32,000 bases of DNA from a cyanobacterium endosymbiont of Braarudosphaera bigelowii. Its GTDB lineage: Bacteria; Cyanobacteriota; Cyanobacteriia; Cyanobacteriales; Microcystaceae. The translations under genes and the position numbers were made by a program. Positions 9,335 through 19,205 of this stretch are shown one piece after another. The notes beneath the pieces were generated by a model, which did no database searches, was not told the origin of the DNA, and saw nothing but the letters and a program-made list of their open reading frames with translations. Each line of letters starts with the position of its first letter. The first letter of the stretch is position 1. The stretch covers positions 1,290,001 through 1,322,000 of the forward strand of contig NZ_AP024987.1 of NCBI RefSeq assembly GCF_020885515.1, in the 5' to 3' direction.

Positions 9335-10396
9335 TTACGCTAAAGCTGCTACCGATATTTTACCAGCAATTTGTTGAGCAATAAGTTTCAAAGCTCTAGC
9401 TGAAGCGGATTGTGGATGTGATATTAATATAGGTACTCCTTTGTCTCCTCCTTCCCTGAGAGAAATTTCTAAGGGTACAAGACCTAGCAAAGGAATCTGT
9501 AATTCTTCTGATGCCTTTATTCCTCCCCCAGATCCAAATATATCATAAGAGTGATTTGGTAAATCTGGAGGAATGAAATAACTCATATTTTCCACAATAC
9601 CTAAAATATTAATTTTTAGTTGTTCAAACATTTTAACTCCACGATATGCGTCTACTAAAGAAACATTTTGTGGAGTCGTCACAATAACAGCTCCAGCTAG
9701 AGGAACTGATTGTGCTAGAGTCAATTGTACATCTCCTGTTCCAGGAGGCATGTCAACTATCAGGTAGTCAAGAGGTCCCCAGTTAACCTGATATAAAAAT
9801 TGACGAATAATTCCGTTTAACATAGGACCACGCCAAACTACTGGTTGACCGGGATTAATCAGAAAACCCATCGATACCATCTTTATTCCACTACTAAAGA
9901 TAGGCTCTAAAATGTCTCCTTCTGGTCTTTTTTGGACTGTAACCTGATAGTCTTCTACTCCGAGCATTGTGGGTGCGTTAGGTCCATAAATATCAGCATC
10001 AAGTAGACCAACTTTTGCTCCCATCTGTGCTAAGGCGATAGCAGTATTGACTGCTACAGTACTTTTCCCCACACCTCCTTTCCCGCTAGAAACGGCAATT
10101 ATATTTTTTACCTCTGATATGGATTGTTGAGTGGGTAAAGCTTTTTGTGTTGGAGTTTCTGATGTCACCTCTATCTCAACAGTTTGGACTTCTGGTAATT
10201 CTTTTAATGCCTTTTCACAATCTTGGATAATTAATTCTTTTAAGGGACATGCTGGGGTAGTTAATACTAAAGTAAATTTAACTTTACTATCTTCTATTGA
10301 AATATTACGAATCATATTAAGAGTTACTAAACTCTTTTTAAGCTCCGGATCTTGAACTGGTTGTAAAGCATTTAAAATTGATTCATTATTAAGCAT
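9335..10396 (-). CDS. mrp: Mrp/ApbC/NBP35-family Fe-S cluster carrier ATPase with N-terminal DUF59/MIP18 domain
   Basis: 353 aa. N-terminal 'VQDPELKKSLVTLNMIRNI...TTPACPLKE' (DUF59), deviant Walker A 'SGKGGVGKSTVAVN', then 'LDYLIVDMPPGTGD'. Confidence 0.9.
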   Translation of the reverse strand: MLNNESILNALQPVQDPELKKSLVTLNMIRNISIEDSKVKFTLVLTTPACPLKELIIQDCEKALKELPEVQTVEIEVTSETPTQKALPTQQSISEVKNIIAVSSGKGGVGKSTVAVNTAIALAQMGAKVGLLDADIYGPNAPTMLGVEDYQVTVQKRPEGDILEPIFSSGIKMVSMGFLINPGQPVVWRGPMLNGIIRQFLYQVNWGPLDYLIVDMPPGTGDVQLTLAQSVPLAGAVIVTTPQNVSLVDAYRGVKMFEQLKINILGIVENMSYFIPPDLPNHSYDIFGSGGGIKASEELQIPLLGLVPLEISLREGGDKGVPILISHPQSASARALKLIAQQIAGKISVAALA

Positions 10397-10739
10397 AATA
10401 ATTAATTGATTTTTTATAAATTCAAGTAAAAGCCTTTCACTGCATTTACTTATTAGATATTAACTGGTTTTTATTTTATGTGTTACTTTCCATATTGTTG
10501 AAAATAGGCCAAATCTAGAAAATACAAGAACAATAATAATACAAGGAGTAATAAATATTATTACTTTTTTTATTGATATTTATCTATATGGTGACTGTCT
10601 ATGTAGTTTATAGAGTAAATAGTTACTTTACAATTAAATAGGTTTCTACTTTATCGTTTCTTTCCTAAGAACATTTAGATGATTTATCAAAAATAATAAT
10701 GCAAATTTCATTTGATATAAACTATAAATTTTATCCATA

Positions 10740-10772
10740 AGTTATTATTTCTGAATTATAGAAATAATAACT
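10740..10772. repeat. Perfect 13-bp inverted repeat (hairpin) in the long mrp-upstream spacer
   Basis: AGTTATTATTTCT (10740-10752), 7-nt loop GAATTAT, then AGAAATAATAACT (10760-10772). I verified by hand that the arms are exact reverse complements. It lies about 160 nt upstream of the 10933 ORF. Confidence 0.6.
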
Positions 10773-10932
10773 ATGCCCACAAAAACCATATCATTCTAAA
10801 GATTTTATTTCCTGAGAATATTATATTGAGCTATTTTTAAACGCAGAAACTAAAAAACTTTTTTGATAACTGACAGAATTCCAATAAGCAGGATATAATT
10901 TGTTATGAAGCTATTATTAAAAAATTTATCAA

Positions 10933-11238
10933 ATGAATAATTCTGCTCTCAATGCCTTTTTCTTAGGTCGAGCATTTGCTGAAGTGCTTGGTGAAAAAAT
11001 CGAAGAATCTTTAACTAATACACTTAGTGAACTAAGTAAGTTAGGTGCTGAACAAGAAGAAAATTTAAATGATTTTATTCAAGAAATAAAAATACGTGCG
11101 AAAAATAATCTAACGCAAGACGATCCTAGCAATATCACTGTAAATGATTTTTCATCTATAGATCTCCAGGAAACTATTGATGATTTAAGAGCAGAGATTG
11201 CCCGTCTTAAAGCAGAGTTAAAAAATTATCATAGTTAA
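10933..11238 (+). CDS. Conserved-looking small coiled-coil protein, function unknown
   Basis: 101 aa with an ATG start. N-terminal '[23 protein letters not shown]' and C-terminal amphipathic '[18 protein letters not shown]'. Composition is typical of coding sequence and it sits 74 nt upstream of the ABC1 kinase gene on the same strand. I cannot name a family with confidence. Confidence 0.5.
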   Translation: MNNSALNAFFLGRAFAEVLGEKIEESLTNTLSELSKLGAEQEENLNDFIQEIKIRAKNNLTQDDPSNITVNDFSSIDLQETIDDLRAEIARLKAELKNYHS

Positions 11239-11312
11239 AAACTTTAACTTTTTGGATCTTCTTCAGAATTGTTATATGTAAAACCAAGTATAAAATAATT
11301 AAAATAAATCGA

Positions 11313-13043
11313 GTGCCTGCTTTACCTACAAAAGTCAGTTCTTTTTCATCTGCAAATATTAATTCATCTGCGACAAACAAAAAATATCGCTGGAATAATA
11401 ACAATTATTCTAATGTTCATCGTCGTTTAGATATTTGGCTATTCTTCTTATCTCTTATGTTCAAGCTATGGCTTAATAATAAAAAGTTTAGCTACAGAGG
11501 AGGATGGACTAAAGAAAAACTAATTAAGAGAAGAAGGATATTAGCAGTCTGGATACGAGAAAAATTATTAGACTTAGGTCCAACTTTTATTAAAGTTGGA
11601 CAGCTTTTTTCAAGTCGTGCAGATCTTTTTCCTTCTGAATATGTAGAAGAACTGTCAAAACTGCAAGATGAAGTTCCTGCTTTTAACTATGATGAAGCGA
11701 AAAAAATTATTGAGAAGGATCTGGGAAAACCTTTGTCTCAGATTTTTTATTGTTTTGATTCTTTTCCCATTGCGGCTGCAAGTCTAGGGCAAGTTCATAA
11801 AGCTATATTATATTCAGGGGAAGAAGTTGTTGTTAAAATACAACGTCCTGGCCTCAAAAAATTATTTACTATTGATCTAGCGATTTTGAAACAAGTCACC
11901 TACTATTTTCAAAATCATCCTAGTTGGAATAAGGGGAAAGACTGGATTAGCATTTATAACGAATGTTATAAAATTCTCTGGCTAGAAACAGATTACCTTA
12001 AAGAAGGAAAAAATGCAGATACTTTCCGTCGCAACTTTCGAAATAAAGATTGGGTTAAAGTACCAAGAGTTTATTGGCGCTATACTGCCTCTCGTGTTTT
12101 AACATTAGAGTATCTCCCAGGAATCAAAATTAATAATTACCAAGCATTGGAGAATTTAGGATTAGATCGTAAAGTATTGGCTAAGTTGAATGCACAAGCT
12201 TACTTGCATCAAATATTAAATGATGGTTTTTTTCATGCTGATCCTCATCCTGGAAATATTGCAATCAGTGAAGATGGAGCCTTAATATTTTATGATTTTG
12301 GAATGATAGGAACTATTGAATCTGATGTCAAAAGAAAATTAGTAAATACCTTTGTTGGTATAACTCAAAAAGATAGTAACAAAATCATATCTTCTTTAAT
12401 TGAATTAAACATATTAGATTCGAAAAGCGATATTGGTCCAGCTCGGCGTTCTATACAGTTCATGCTAGATAATTTTATAAATAAACCTATTAACGAACAG
12501 TCTATCACTTCTATTGGTGATGATTTATATGAAATTGCTTACAATCAATCTTTTAAATTTCCTGCTACATTTACTTTCGTAATGCGTGCATTTTCTATTT
12601 TAGAAGGTGTAGGAAAAGGTTTAGACCCTGACTTTAAATTTATAGAAGTTGCTAAGCCTTTTATCTTGGATTTTGCAAATTTTTTTACTGAAAATACTAA
12701 TAATAATTTCCTGAATCTATTCTCTAATCAAGTAATAGAATTTGGTAGTGTAACTTTAGGACTGCCAAATCATATTGATAATACACTTAGAAAATTTGAT
12801 CAAGGTGACATAAAACTAGGGGTTCGCTCGATTGAGTCGAATAGAATCTTACAACGACTCAGTATGATACAAATCGCAACTATTTGGGGAAGCTTTGTAA
12901 GTTCATTATTAATTTGTACAACTCTTCTATTTATTAATAATTATTTAAATCTAGCTTTAGTAGTTATAATAATTACATTAATTCCATTATCTATATTAGT
13001 TAGGCTTTTTTACCGCATAAACCGTCTGAACAAGCGATTCTGA
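11313..13043 (+). CDS. ABC1/UbiB (AarF-domain) atypical protein kinase with C-terminal transmembrane segments
   Basis: 576 aa with a GTG start; there is no in-frame ATG before the conserved 'YRWN'. Contains 'LGPTFIKVGQLFSSRADLFPSEYVEELSKLQDEVP', the Ala-rich loop 'AAASLGQVHKA', 'FFHADPHPGNI' and 'YDFGM'. Confidence 0.9.
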   Translation: MPALPTKVSSFSSANINSSATNKKYRWNNNNYSNVHRRLDIWLFFLSLMFKLWLNNKKFSYRGGWTKEKLIKRRRILAVWIREKLLDLGPTFIKVGQLFSSRADLFPSEYVEELSKLQDEVPAFNYDEAKKIIEKDLGKPLSQIFYCFDSFPIAAASLGQVHKAILYSGEEVVVKIQRPGLKKLFTIDLAILKQVTYYFQNHPSWNKGKDWISIYNECYKILWLETDYLKEGKNADTFRRNFRNKDWVKVPRVYWRYTASRVLTLEYLPGIKINNYQALENLGLDRKVLAKLNAQAYLHQILNDGFFHADPHPGNIAISEDGALIFYDFGMIGTIESDVKRKLVNTFVGITQKDSNKIISSLIELNILDSKSDIGPARRSIQFMLDNFINKPINEQSITSIGDDLYEIAYNQSFKFPATFTFVMRAFSILEGVGKGLDPDFKFIEVAKPFILDFANFFTENTNNNFLNLFSNQVIEFGSVTLGLPNHIDNTLRKFDQGDIKLGVRSIESNRILQRLSMIQIATIWGSFVSSLLICTTLLFINNYLNLALVVIIITLIPLSILVRLFYRINRLNKRF

Positions 13044-13143
13044 ATAATTATTAATAAATATGCAATTGCTTCCTGTTATCTTATATTCTATTTAGAAACT
13101 TAATTATGATCAATTTTATATAGTTTTTAATCAATGAATAAAT

Positions 13144-13185
13144 CTACATAATTAGATACTTTAAAAAAAGTATCTAATTATGTAG
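13144..13185 (+). terminator. Perfect 17-bp stem / 8-nt loop hairpin downstream of the ABC1 kinase gene (candidate terminator or RNA element)
   Basis: CTACATAATTAGATACT (13144-13160), loop TTAAAAAA, then AGTATCTAATTATGTAG (13169-13185). I verified that the arms are exact reverse complements. It lies 100 nt after the stop at 13043. A T-run (TTTTTT) occurs only about 12 nt further on, so this is not a textbook intrinsic terminator. Confidence 0.45.
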
Positions 13186-13363
13186 TATCTTAATAATTTT
13201 TTAAGTTAAATCATGTAAAGCCTGTACAAAAATTTACTACTAAAAATAGAATAAGGTTTCATAACATATCTTAATCTTAATAATAAAATTATTTATTAAA
13301 GATGTACCCTTAGGTTACAATAAGTTGTTTTTGGACTGAGACTAAGATCACTTAAATCAAACT

Positions 13364-14053
13364 ATGAAAATTAATACTGATGATAAAACTGTTGTTAAGG
13401 ACTATTTCAATGCTATAGGATTTGACAGATGGCAAAATATTTACGGTAATGGAAAAGTCAATAAAGTTCAAGAGGATATCCGCTTTGGACATCAGCAAAC
13501 TATTAATACAGTATTAGAATGGCTAAAATTAGATGGTAATTTATCTGGATTAATAATTTGTGATGCTGGATGTGGTGTAGGAAGTTTAAGTATTCCTCTA
13601 GCCAAAGAAGGAGCTATAGTCAGTGCTAGTGATATTTCAGAAAAAATGGTTACAGAAGCAAAGAGAAAAGCGGAAAATATATTAGGTAAAACTAATAACA
13701 TAAATTTTTATGTTCAAGATTTAGAAAAATTGAAAGGTAGCTTTCATACAATAATTTGCCTTGATGTCTTAATTCACTATCCTACTGATAATGCGGCTAA
13801 AATGATTAACCACTTAGCTTCATTAACTAACTGTAGGATAATCTTAAGTTTTGCTCCCAAAACTTTTTATTTGACTGTTCTTAAAAAGATTGGTGAATTT
13901 TTTCCTGGTCCTAGTAAAACAACTCGTGCCTACCAACATAGTCAAGATAATATAGTACAGACTCTAAAACAAAATGGCTTTAAAATTCAACGAAAAGGAA
14001 TGACAAGTACTAAATTTTATTATTCTCAAATTATTGAAGCTATCAAAGAGTAA
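13364..14053 (+). CDS. chlM: Magnesium-protoporphyrin IX O-methyltransferase
   Basis: 229 aa. 'DDKTVVKDYFNAIGFDRWQNIYG...VNKVQEDIRFGHQQT' and the SAM motif 'ICDAGCGVGSLSIPLAKEGA' closely parallel cyanobacterial ChlM. Confidence 0.93.
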   Translation: MKINTDDKTVVKDYFNAIGFDRWQNIYGNGKVNKVQEDIRFGHQQTINTVLEWLKLDGNLSGLIICDAGCGVGSLSIPLAKEGAIVSASDISEKMVTEAKRKAENILGKTNNINFYVQDLEKLKGSFHTIICLDVLIHYPTDNAAKMINHLASLTNCRIILSFAPKTFYLTVLKKIGEFFPGPSKTTRAYQHSQDNIVQTLKQNGFKIQRKGMTSTKFYYSQIIEAIKE

Positions 14054-14329
14054 ATATTAAGAATACTATAATCATCTCATTAGATACTTTGAGAAATTTA
14101 GATATATATAATTTATTTTAAAAGATCAATAATAATTCAGTATCTTAAGAGGAATAATATGATCCTTTGTTGAGAAGTAAGCTATGTAGTTTTATTTTTA
14201 GCAAAGTTCATGTGCTGTATAAGTGAGTCTTATCTCAAGGAAATGATGAACATAGTTTATATTGTAAAAATTTAATTGACTATAAACAGCTTTGTATAAC
14301 AAATATGTTAGTTATTTTTATTATGATTC

Positions 14330-15619
14330 TCATATTACTGTTCCATCAGGAATGACTGCGTTCTTGATAACGATAACAATTCCGTCACAGATATAAAACC
14401 CTTCATCTTCACAGTTAGATTCTTGTATATTGTTTTTATTTAGAATGGTTACATTCTCGCCGATCCGTACATTTTTATCAATAATTGCATGTTTAATTAA
14501 ACTATTTTTACCTATACCTATAGGAATCATTTTATGATTATCATCAAAATTCTTAATAATTGAAGATTCGTAGAAATCTGCTCCCATAACCATTGTGTCC
14601 TCAATACAGCAATTCATTTCAATACGACTTCTAATTCCGAGTATTGAATTGTGGATACGACAGCTTTTTATAATACATCCTTCACTGATCATTGATTTTG
14701 TAATATGGGAATCAAAAACTTTAGTAGGAGGTAGATAGCGTGCACGGGTATATATAGGAGCTTGTTCATTATAAAAACTAAATGCAGGATTTGGTTGACA
14801 ATTAAGAGCCAAATTGGCTTCATAAAAAGCTCGAACAGTTCCAATATCTTCCCAATATCCACGAAACAAATAGGCTCGAAGATCGCAGTGCATAGCTGCA
14901 CTTGGCATAACCTCTTTCCCAAAATCTGTTTGCTCTGGATTATTTTTGAGAAGTTTTGTTAATACTTCTTTATTAAATAAATAAATTCCCATTGATGCTA
15001 TATAAGGCTTTTTTTCTGCCTGCTCTTGATTTAACCCTAAAATTGAAGTTTCACATTGCATTTGATCCAATTCATTTTCTGTGGGTTTTTCGGAAAAGTG
15101 AATAATTCTACCTTGATTATTCATTTTTGTTAGGCCAAGGTAAGAGGCTCTTTTTTTGTCCACAGGAACAACAGCTAAAGTTATATCAGCGTTAGTTGAT
15201 CTATGTTGTCTGATAAAATTACTATAATCCATACGATAAAGATGGTCCCCAGATAGTATTAAGTATTCATCAACGTTTGATTCGTTAAACAACCAAAGGT
15301 ATTGACGAACGGCATCAGCTGTACCCTGGAACCAACTTGAATTGTCTTTTGTTTGTTGTGCTGCTAAGACTTCTATGAATCCACCACTAAAAGAAGTAAA
15401 GTTATATGTATGAGTTAAATGACGATTTAACGAAGCAGAATTAAACTGAGTTAAAATATAAATTTTTTGTATTTCTGCATTAATACAATTACTAATTGGT
15501 ATGTCAATTAGACGATATTTTCCTGCAAGAGGAACAGCTGGCTTTGCTCTTAATTTAGTTAAAGGATATAAACGAGTACCTGCACCACCACCTAGTATAA
15601 TTGCTAAAACTTTCTTCAC
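14330..15619 (-). CDS. glgC: Glucose-1-phosphate adenylyltransferase
   Basis: 429 aa with a GTG start. '[45 protein letters not shown]', '[12 protein letters not shown]' and a C-terminal left-handed beta-helix region. Confidence 0.96.
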   Translation of the reverse strand: MKKVLAIILGGGAGTRLYPLTKLRAKPAVPLAGKYRLIDIPISNCINAEIQKIYILTQFNSASLNRHLTHTYNFTSFSGGFIEVLAAQQTKDNSSWFQGTADAVRQYLWLFNESNVDEYLILSGDHLYRMDYSNFIRQHRSTNADITLAVVPVDKKRASYLGLTKMNNQGRIIHFSEKPTENELDQMQCETSILGLNQEQAEKKPYIASMGIYLFNKEVLTKLLKNNPEQTDFGKEVMPSAAMHCDLRAYLFRGYWEDIGTVRAFYEANLALNCQPNPAFSFYNEQAPIYTRARYLPPTKVFDSHITKSMISEGCIIKSCRIHNSILGIRSRIEMNCCIEDTMVMGADFYESSIIKNFDDNHKMIPIGIGKNSLIKHAIIDKNVRIGENVTILNKNNIQESNCEDEGFYICDGIVIVIKNAVIPDGTVI

Positions 15620-15914
15620 ATATACCTCATAATCATCTTTTCAATAAAGTATAGAACTGGTATGGAAATCTGAAAAATAAAACAAAAACTATAAATTTAA
15701 GTTGCTTCTAGAAAAGAAAGACTATCCTATCTTACAAACCATAATTTATATTATTTTCAAATATTATTTTGATTAATTTTAATGGTGTGAAGAATAAAAT
15801 TATTCTTTCAACTAAAAAAAGTACTTTTATTAATAAAATATAAAAAATATTTAGAATAGTTATACTAAATTAGTACTTGTTAATTTACTAGTGATTTATG
15901 ATAGTAGTATTTCT

Positions 15915-17909
15915 ATGTATAAGTTAAAAGCACCTTTTAAGCCAACAGGAGATCAACCGAAGGCTATTGAAGAATTAACATTATCCTTACAAATGGGAAA
16001 CAAATTTCAGACCTTATTAGGAGCGACTGGAACAGGTAAAACATTTTCTATTGCTTCAGTAATTGAAAAAACTGAAAAGCCAACTTTGATCTTGGCTCAC
16101 AATAAAACTTTGGCAGCTCAACTATGTAATGAATTAAGAAATTTTTTCCCTAACAATGCTGTAGAATATTTTATTAGTTATTATGACTATTATCAACCTG
16201 AAGCTTATATTCCTCTAAGCGACACTTATATTGAGAAAAGTGCTTCGATTAATGATGAAGTAGATATGTTAAGACATTCAGCTACTCGTTCATTGTTTGA
16301 ACGACAGGACGTAATTATCGTAGCGTCTATTAGTTGTATTTATGGGTTAGGAATGCCTTCTCAATATTCAAAAGCTTCTATCCTTTTACAAACAGGGATA
16401 GAGATTAACCAACGGCAACTTCTCAGAGACTTGGTTAATATTCAGTATTCTAGGAATGATATGGAGTTAAAACGGGGAAGATTTAGAGTTAGAGGAGATA
16501 TTTTAGAGATTGTTCCTGCCTATGAAGATCGAGTAATTAGAATTGATTTCTTTGGGGATGAAATTGATGGTATTAGATATTTACACCCAGTTTCGGGAGA
16601 TGTTTTAGAAAATCTTGAAAATGTTAATATTTATCCAGCACGTCATTTTGTTACACAAAAAAAAAAATTAGATACTTCCTGTAAAGCTATAGCTGAAGAG
16701 CTAGAACAACAAATTATTAATTTTGAGAAAGAAGGAAAGCTCTTAGAATCACAACGTATAAATCAGAGAACGCGCTATGATCTAGAGCTCTTAAGTGAAG
16801 TAGGATACTGTAATGGTGTTGAAAATTATTCTCGCCACTTAGCGGGAAGAAAACCTGGAGAACCTCCAGAATGCTTAATTGATTATTTACCTGAGGATTG
16901 GTTATTGATTGTAGATGAGTCTCATGTGACCATACCACAAATTCGGGGAATGTATAATGGCGATCAGGCAAGAAAAAAAGTTTTGATAGATCATGGTTTT
17001 CGTCTTCCAAGTGCAGCTGATAATAGACCCCTTAAATCAGATGAATTCTGGGGTAAGGTTAAACAATGTATTTTTGTCTCTGCTACTCCTGGTGAATGGG
17101 AGCTCGAAAAATCTAAGGGTAGAATTATTGAACAGGTAATTCGGCCAACAGGTATACTTGACCCACAAATATTTGTAAGACCCACAAAAAATCAGATAGA
17201 TGATCTATTAGGAGAAATTCAAGATAGGGTAGAAAAAAAAGAAAGAACTTTAATTATTACTTTGACAAAAAGTATGGCAGAAGATTTAACTGAATATTTT
17301 CAAGAAAGAGAAATCAATGTTCGATATCTACATTCTGAAATTAAATCTATTGAGCGTATTGAGATTTTACAAGATTTAAGAGATGGTAAATTTGATGTTT
17401 TAATAGGGGTCAACTTACTAAGAGAGGGATTAGATTTGCCAGAGGTTTCTCTAGTAGCTATATTAGACTCAGACAAAGAAGGCTTTTTACGAGGTGAAAA
17501 GTCATTAATTCAAATTATTGGACGTGCGGCTCGACATGTTAACGGCCAAGCCATTTTATATGGAGATAAACTTACAGATAGCATGATTAAAGCTATAGAA
17601 GAAACAAAAAGAAGAAGGCGTGTACAATTACTATATAACAATAAAAATAATATTATTCCTAAATCTATAGTTAATGAACGTGAAAATTCAATTTTGAATT
17701 ATCTTGATATTTCTCGCAATTTAGATAATGAACAACCTGAAAAAATATACGCTCATGTAGAGGAAATACCTTTAGATAAAATACCTAAATTAATTAAACA
17801 ATTAGAGTCTCAAATGGAAGAATCTGCTAATCAATTAAATTTTGAAACAGCAGCAAAATATAGAGATCAAATAAAGCATCTTAAGGATAAGATGCTAGAG
17901 TACCCTTGA
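15915..17909 (+). CDS. uvrB: Excinuclease ABC subunit B
   Basis: '[18 protein letters not shown]', Walker A 'GATGTGKTF', 'DESHVTIPQ', helicase motifs '[13 protein letters not shown]' and '[29 protein letters not shown]', and a C-terminal UVR domain '[14 protein letters not shown]'. I prefer ATG 15915 to the track's GTG 15891 because UvrB proteins begin just before F-x-P-x-GDQP. Confidence 0.96.
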   Translation: MYKLKAPFKPTGDQPKAIEELTLSLQMGNKFQTLLGATGTGKTFSIASVIEKTEKPTLILAHNKTLAAQLCNELRNFFPNNAVEYFISYYDYYQPEAYIPLSDTYIEKSASINDEVDMLRHSATRSLFERQDVIIVASISCIYGLGMPSQYSKASILLQTGIEINQRQLLRDLVNIQYSRNDMELKRGRFRVRGDILEIVPAYEDRVIRIDFFGDEIDGIRYLHPVSGDVLENLENVNIYPARHFVTQKKKLDTSCKAIAEELEQQIINFEKEGKLLESQRINQRTRYDLELLSEVGYCNGVENYSRHLAGRKPGEPPECLIDYLPEDWLLIVDESHVTIPQIRGMYNGDQARKKVLIDHGFRLPSAADNRPLKSDEFWGKVKQCIFVSATPGEWELEKSKGRIIEQVIRPTGILDPQIFVRPTKNQIDDLLGEIQDRVEKKERTLIITLTKSMAEDLTEYFQEREINVRYLHSEIKSIERIEILQDLRDGKFDVLIGVNLLREGLDLPEVSLVAILDSDKEGFLRGEKSLIQIIGRAARHVNGQAILYGDKLTDSMIKAIEETKRRRRVQLLYNNKNNIIPKSIVNERENSILNYLDISRNLDNEQPEKIYAHVEEIPLDKIPKLIKQLESQMEESANQLNFETAAKYRDQIKHLKDKMLEYP

Positions 17910-18028
17910 AACTTATTGGAAAATTTTATATATTAATTTCCTCGATTTGAATTTATAATTATAATTTTTGAATCTTTTAGAAGGTATTTTTCTAGTATAT
18001 ATGTATTAAAGTTTTAAGAAGTATTGTA

Positions 18029-18109
18029 TGCGGATAGCGAGATTTGAACTCGCACGACCTAAGCCACACGCCCCTCAAGCGTGCGTGTCTACCGTTCCAC
18101 CACATCCGC
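18029..18109 (-). tRNA. tRNA-Leu (anticodon GAG), type II with long variable arm
   Basis: Minus-strand sequence: GCGGATG TG GTGGAACGGTAGACAC G CACGC TTGAGGG GCGTG TGGCTTAGGTCGT GCGAG TTCAAAT CTCGC TATCCGC A. It has a 7-bp acceptor stem (one G-U), 5-bp anticodon stem, loop tT-GAG-Gg, 13-nt variable arm and a GTTCAAATC T-loop. The 3' CCA is not encoded. Confidence 0.9.
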
Positions 18110-18478
18110 AGAAACTATATCTTAACATAAATTAGATAAAAAAAACTTACAATATACTAATAATCATCTATATATTAATCGAATTCTTATATAAAAAATT
18201 GCAATTGCAAGACTACGAAATAGTCATTGATCGTTGAAAAAATATTAATAATTGTTTATGTATTTAAAATGTATATAAATCGCATCACGCTTAAATTTTT
18301 TCAGATAACTCATTCATTAGTAATTATCTATCCCGAAACTACTCAACCTAATAATCATATTAAGTAATTAGATCTTAGAATAGTTTACAATTATAAAATT
18401 CTGCTAGTTAAAAACCTCTATTATTAGGGTTAAGTAATTCAATATACTAAAAATCTTGTAAATTTCTTCTGTAATTAT

Positions 18479-19165
18479 TTAGACTCTTCCATAGTAAGCA
18501 ACTTTTTTATTAGATTGCCAAGCCCACATTTGATCTCCCTGCGAAAAATGCCACCATTCATTGGGATGTCTTAAAAATCCATAATTACTCATAACTTTAT
18601 TTAAAATTCCTCTCCTCCTATTATAAGCTTTTGCCTCAGAATTATTACTTTGAGAATAGTAAAAGGGTTGAGATTTTTCGGATAAATCATCAATTTCACA
18701 TCCCATATCTAGTAAATTTCCTTTGCAGTCAACTAAAGTCAAATCAATAGCTGCTCCAGTACTATGTGGCGGTGGAGAAGTATAATCTTCAGAAGGAATG
18801 GCCCAAATTTTATAAACCTGATTGAGAATTTTTTTTTTCTCTAAGATAGATAGCTCTCTCAAGGTTAACTTTTTCTCTTTTATCAAGTAAGAAAAAGTAT
18901 AATCTACCATGAATTGTTGCACTTCTATAGGACGATAAGCATCAAAAATATGAAGTTTCCATCCTCCATATTCCGTTTGTAAGCAATTTTGTACATTTTG
19001 AAGAGCTTCTAGAACCCTAGAACGTAAATAATAGGGAGATTTATTCTTATATGTGGCTCCTAATTTTTTATAGGGATGTGGATTTTGAACAGAAAAGTAC
19101 TCTAAAGGAATAGGAACAAGATCATCTTTACAGTCTTGAATTAAAACATTGCTATAGTTTTTCAT
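18479..19165 (-). CDS. ddpX: D-alanyl-D-alanine dipeptidase (VanX/DdpX family, peptidase M15D)
   Basis: 228 aa. 'KLHIFDAYRPIEVQ', the zinc/substrate motif 'PPHSTGAAIDLTLVD' (SxHxxGxAxD) and 'NEWWHF' (ExxH). Confidence 0.85.
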   Translation of the reverse strand: MKNYSNVLIQDCKDDLVPIPLEYFSVQNPHPYKKLGATYKNKSPYYLRSRVLEALQNVQNCLQTEYGGWKLHIFDAYRPIEVQQFMVDYTFSYLIKEKKLTLRELSILEKKKILNQVYKIWAIPSEDYTSPPPHSTGAAIDLTLVDCKGNLLDMGCEIDDLSEKSQPFYYSQSNNSEAKAYNRRRGILNKVMSNYGFLRHPNEWWHFSQGDQMWAWQSNKKVAYYGRV

Positions 19166-19205
19166 TAAAAAATTAATAAATATTATTTATAGATAACATT
19201 ATAAA

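Noticed and set aside
11207-11404. 65-aa minus-strand ORF spanning the gap between the 10933 ORF and the ABC1 kinase; also the 61-aa ORF at 21070-21255 opposite the sat start
   Set aside because: Both overlap the ends of better-supported plus-strand genes, lack motifs and look like chance ORFs in AT-rich sequence.
13223-13236. NtcA-type box GTA-N8-TAC (GTACAAAAATTTAC) about 128 nt upstream of chlM, and a second one at 20933-20946 (GTAGAGGTTGATAC) in the SBP/sat divergent spacer
   Set aside because: At this base composition I estimate roughly one to two GTA-N8-TAC matches by chance in the ~4.5 kb of intergenic DNA. Two were found, and -10-like hexamers are everywhere in AT-rich DNA. The matches cannot be told apart from noise without TSS data or conservation.
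15891-15914. Upstream alternative starts proposed by the ORF track (GTG 15891 for uvrB; also TTG 3000 for aroQ, TTG 21144 for sat, GTG 2804 for the small ORF)
   Set aside because: In each case an ATG a few codons downstream gives an N-terminus matching the usual length and first conserved motif of the family. The upstream codons are rare start types that add non-conserved residues. These calls remain uncertain by a few codons.
18199-18210. Perfect 12-bp palindrome TTGCAATTGCAA downstream of tRNA-Leu
   Set aside because: Six matched pairs are expected many times by chance in 32 kb of ~30% GC sequence. It has no second copy and no positional logic.
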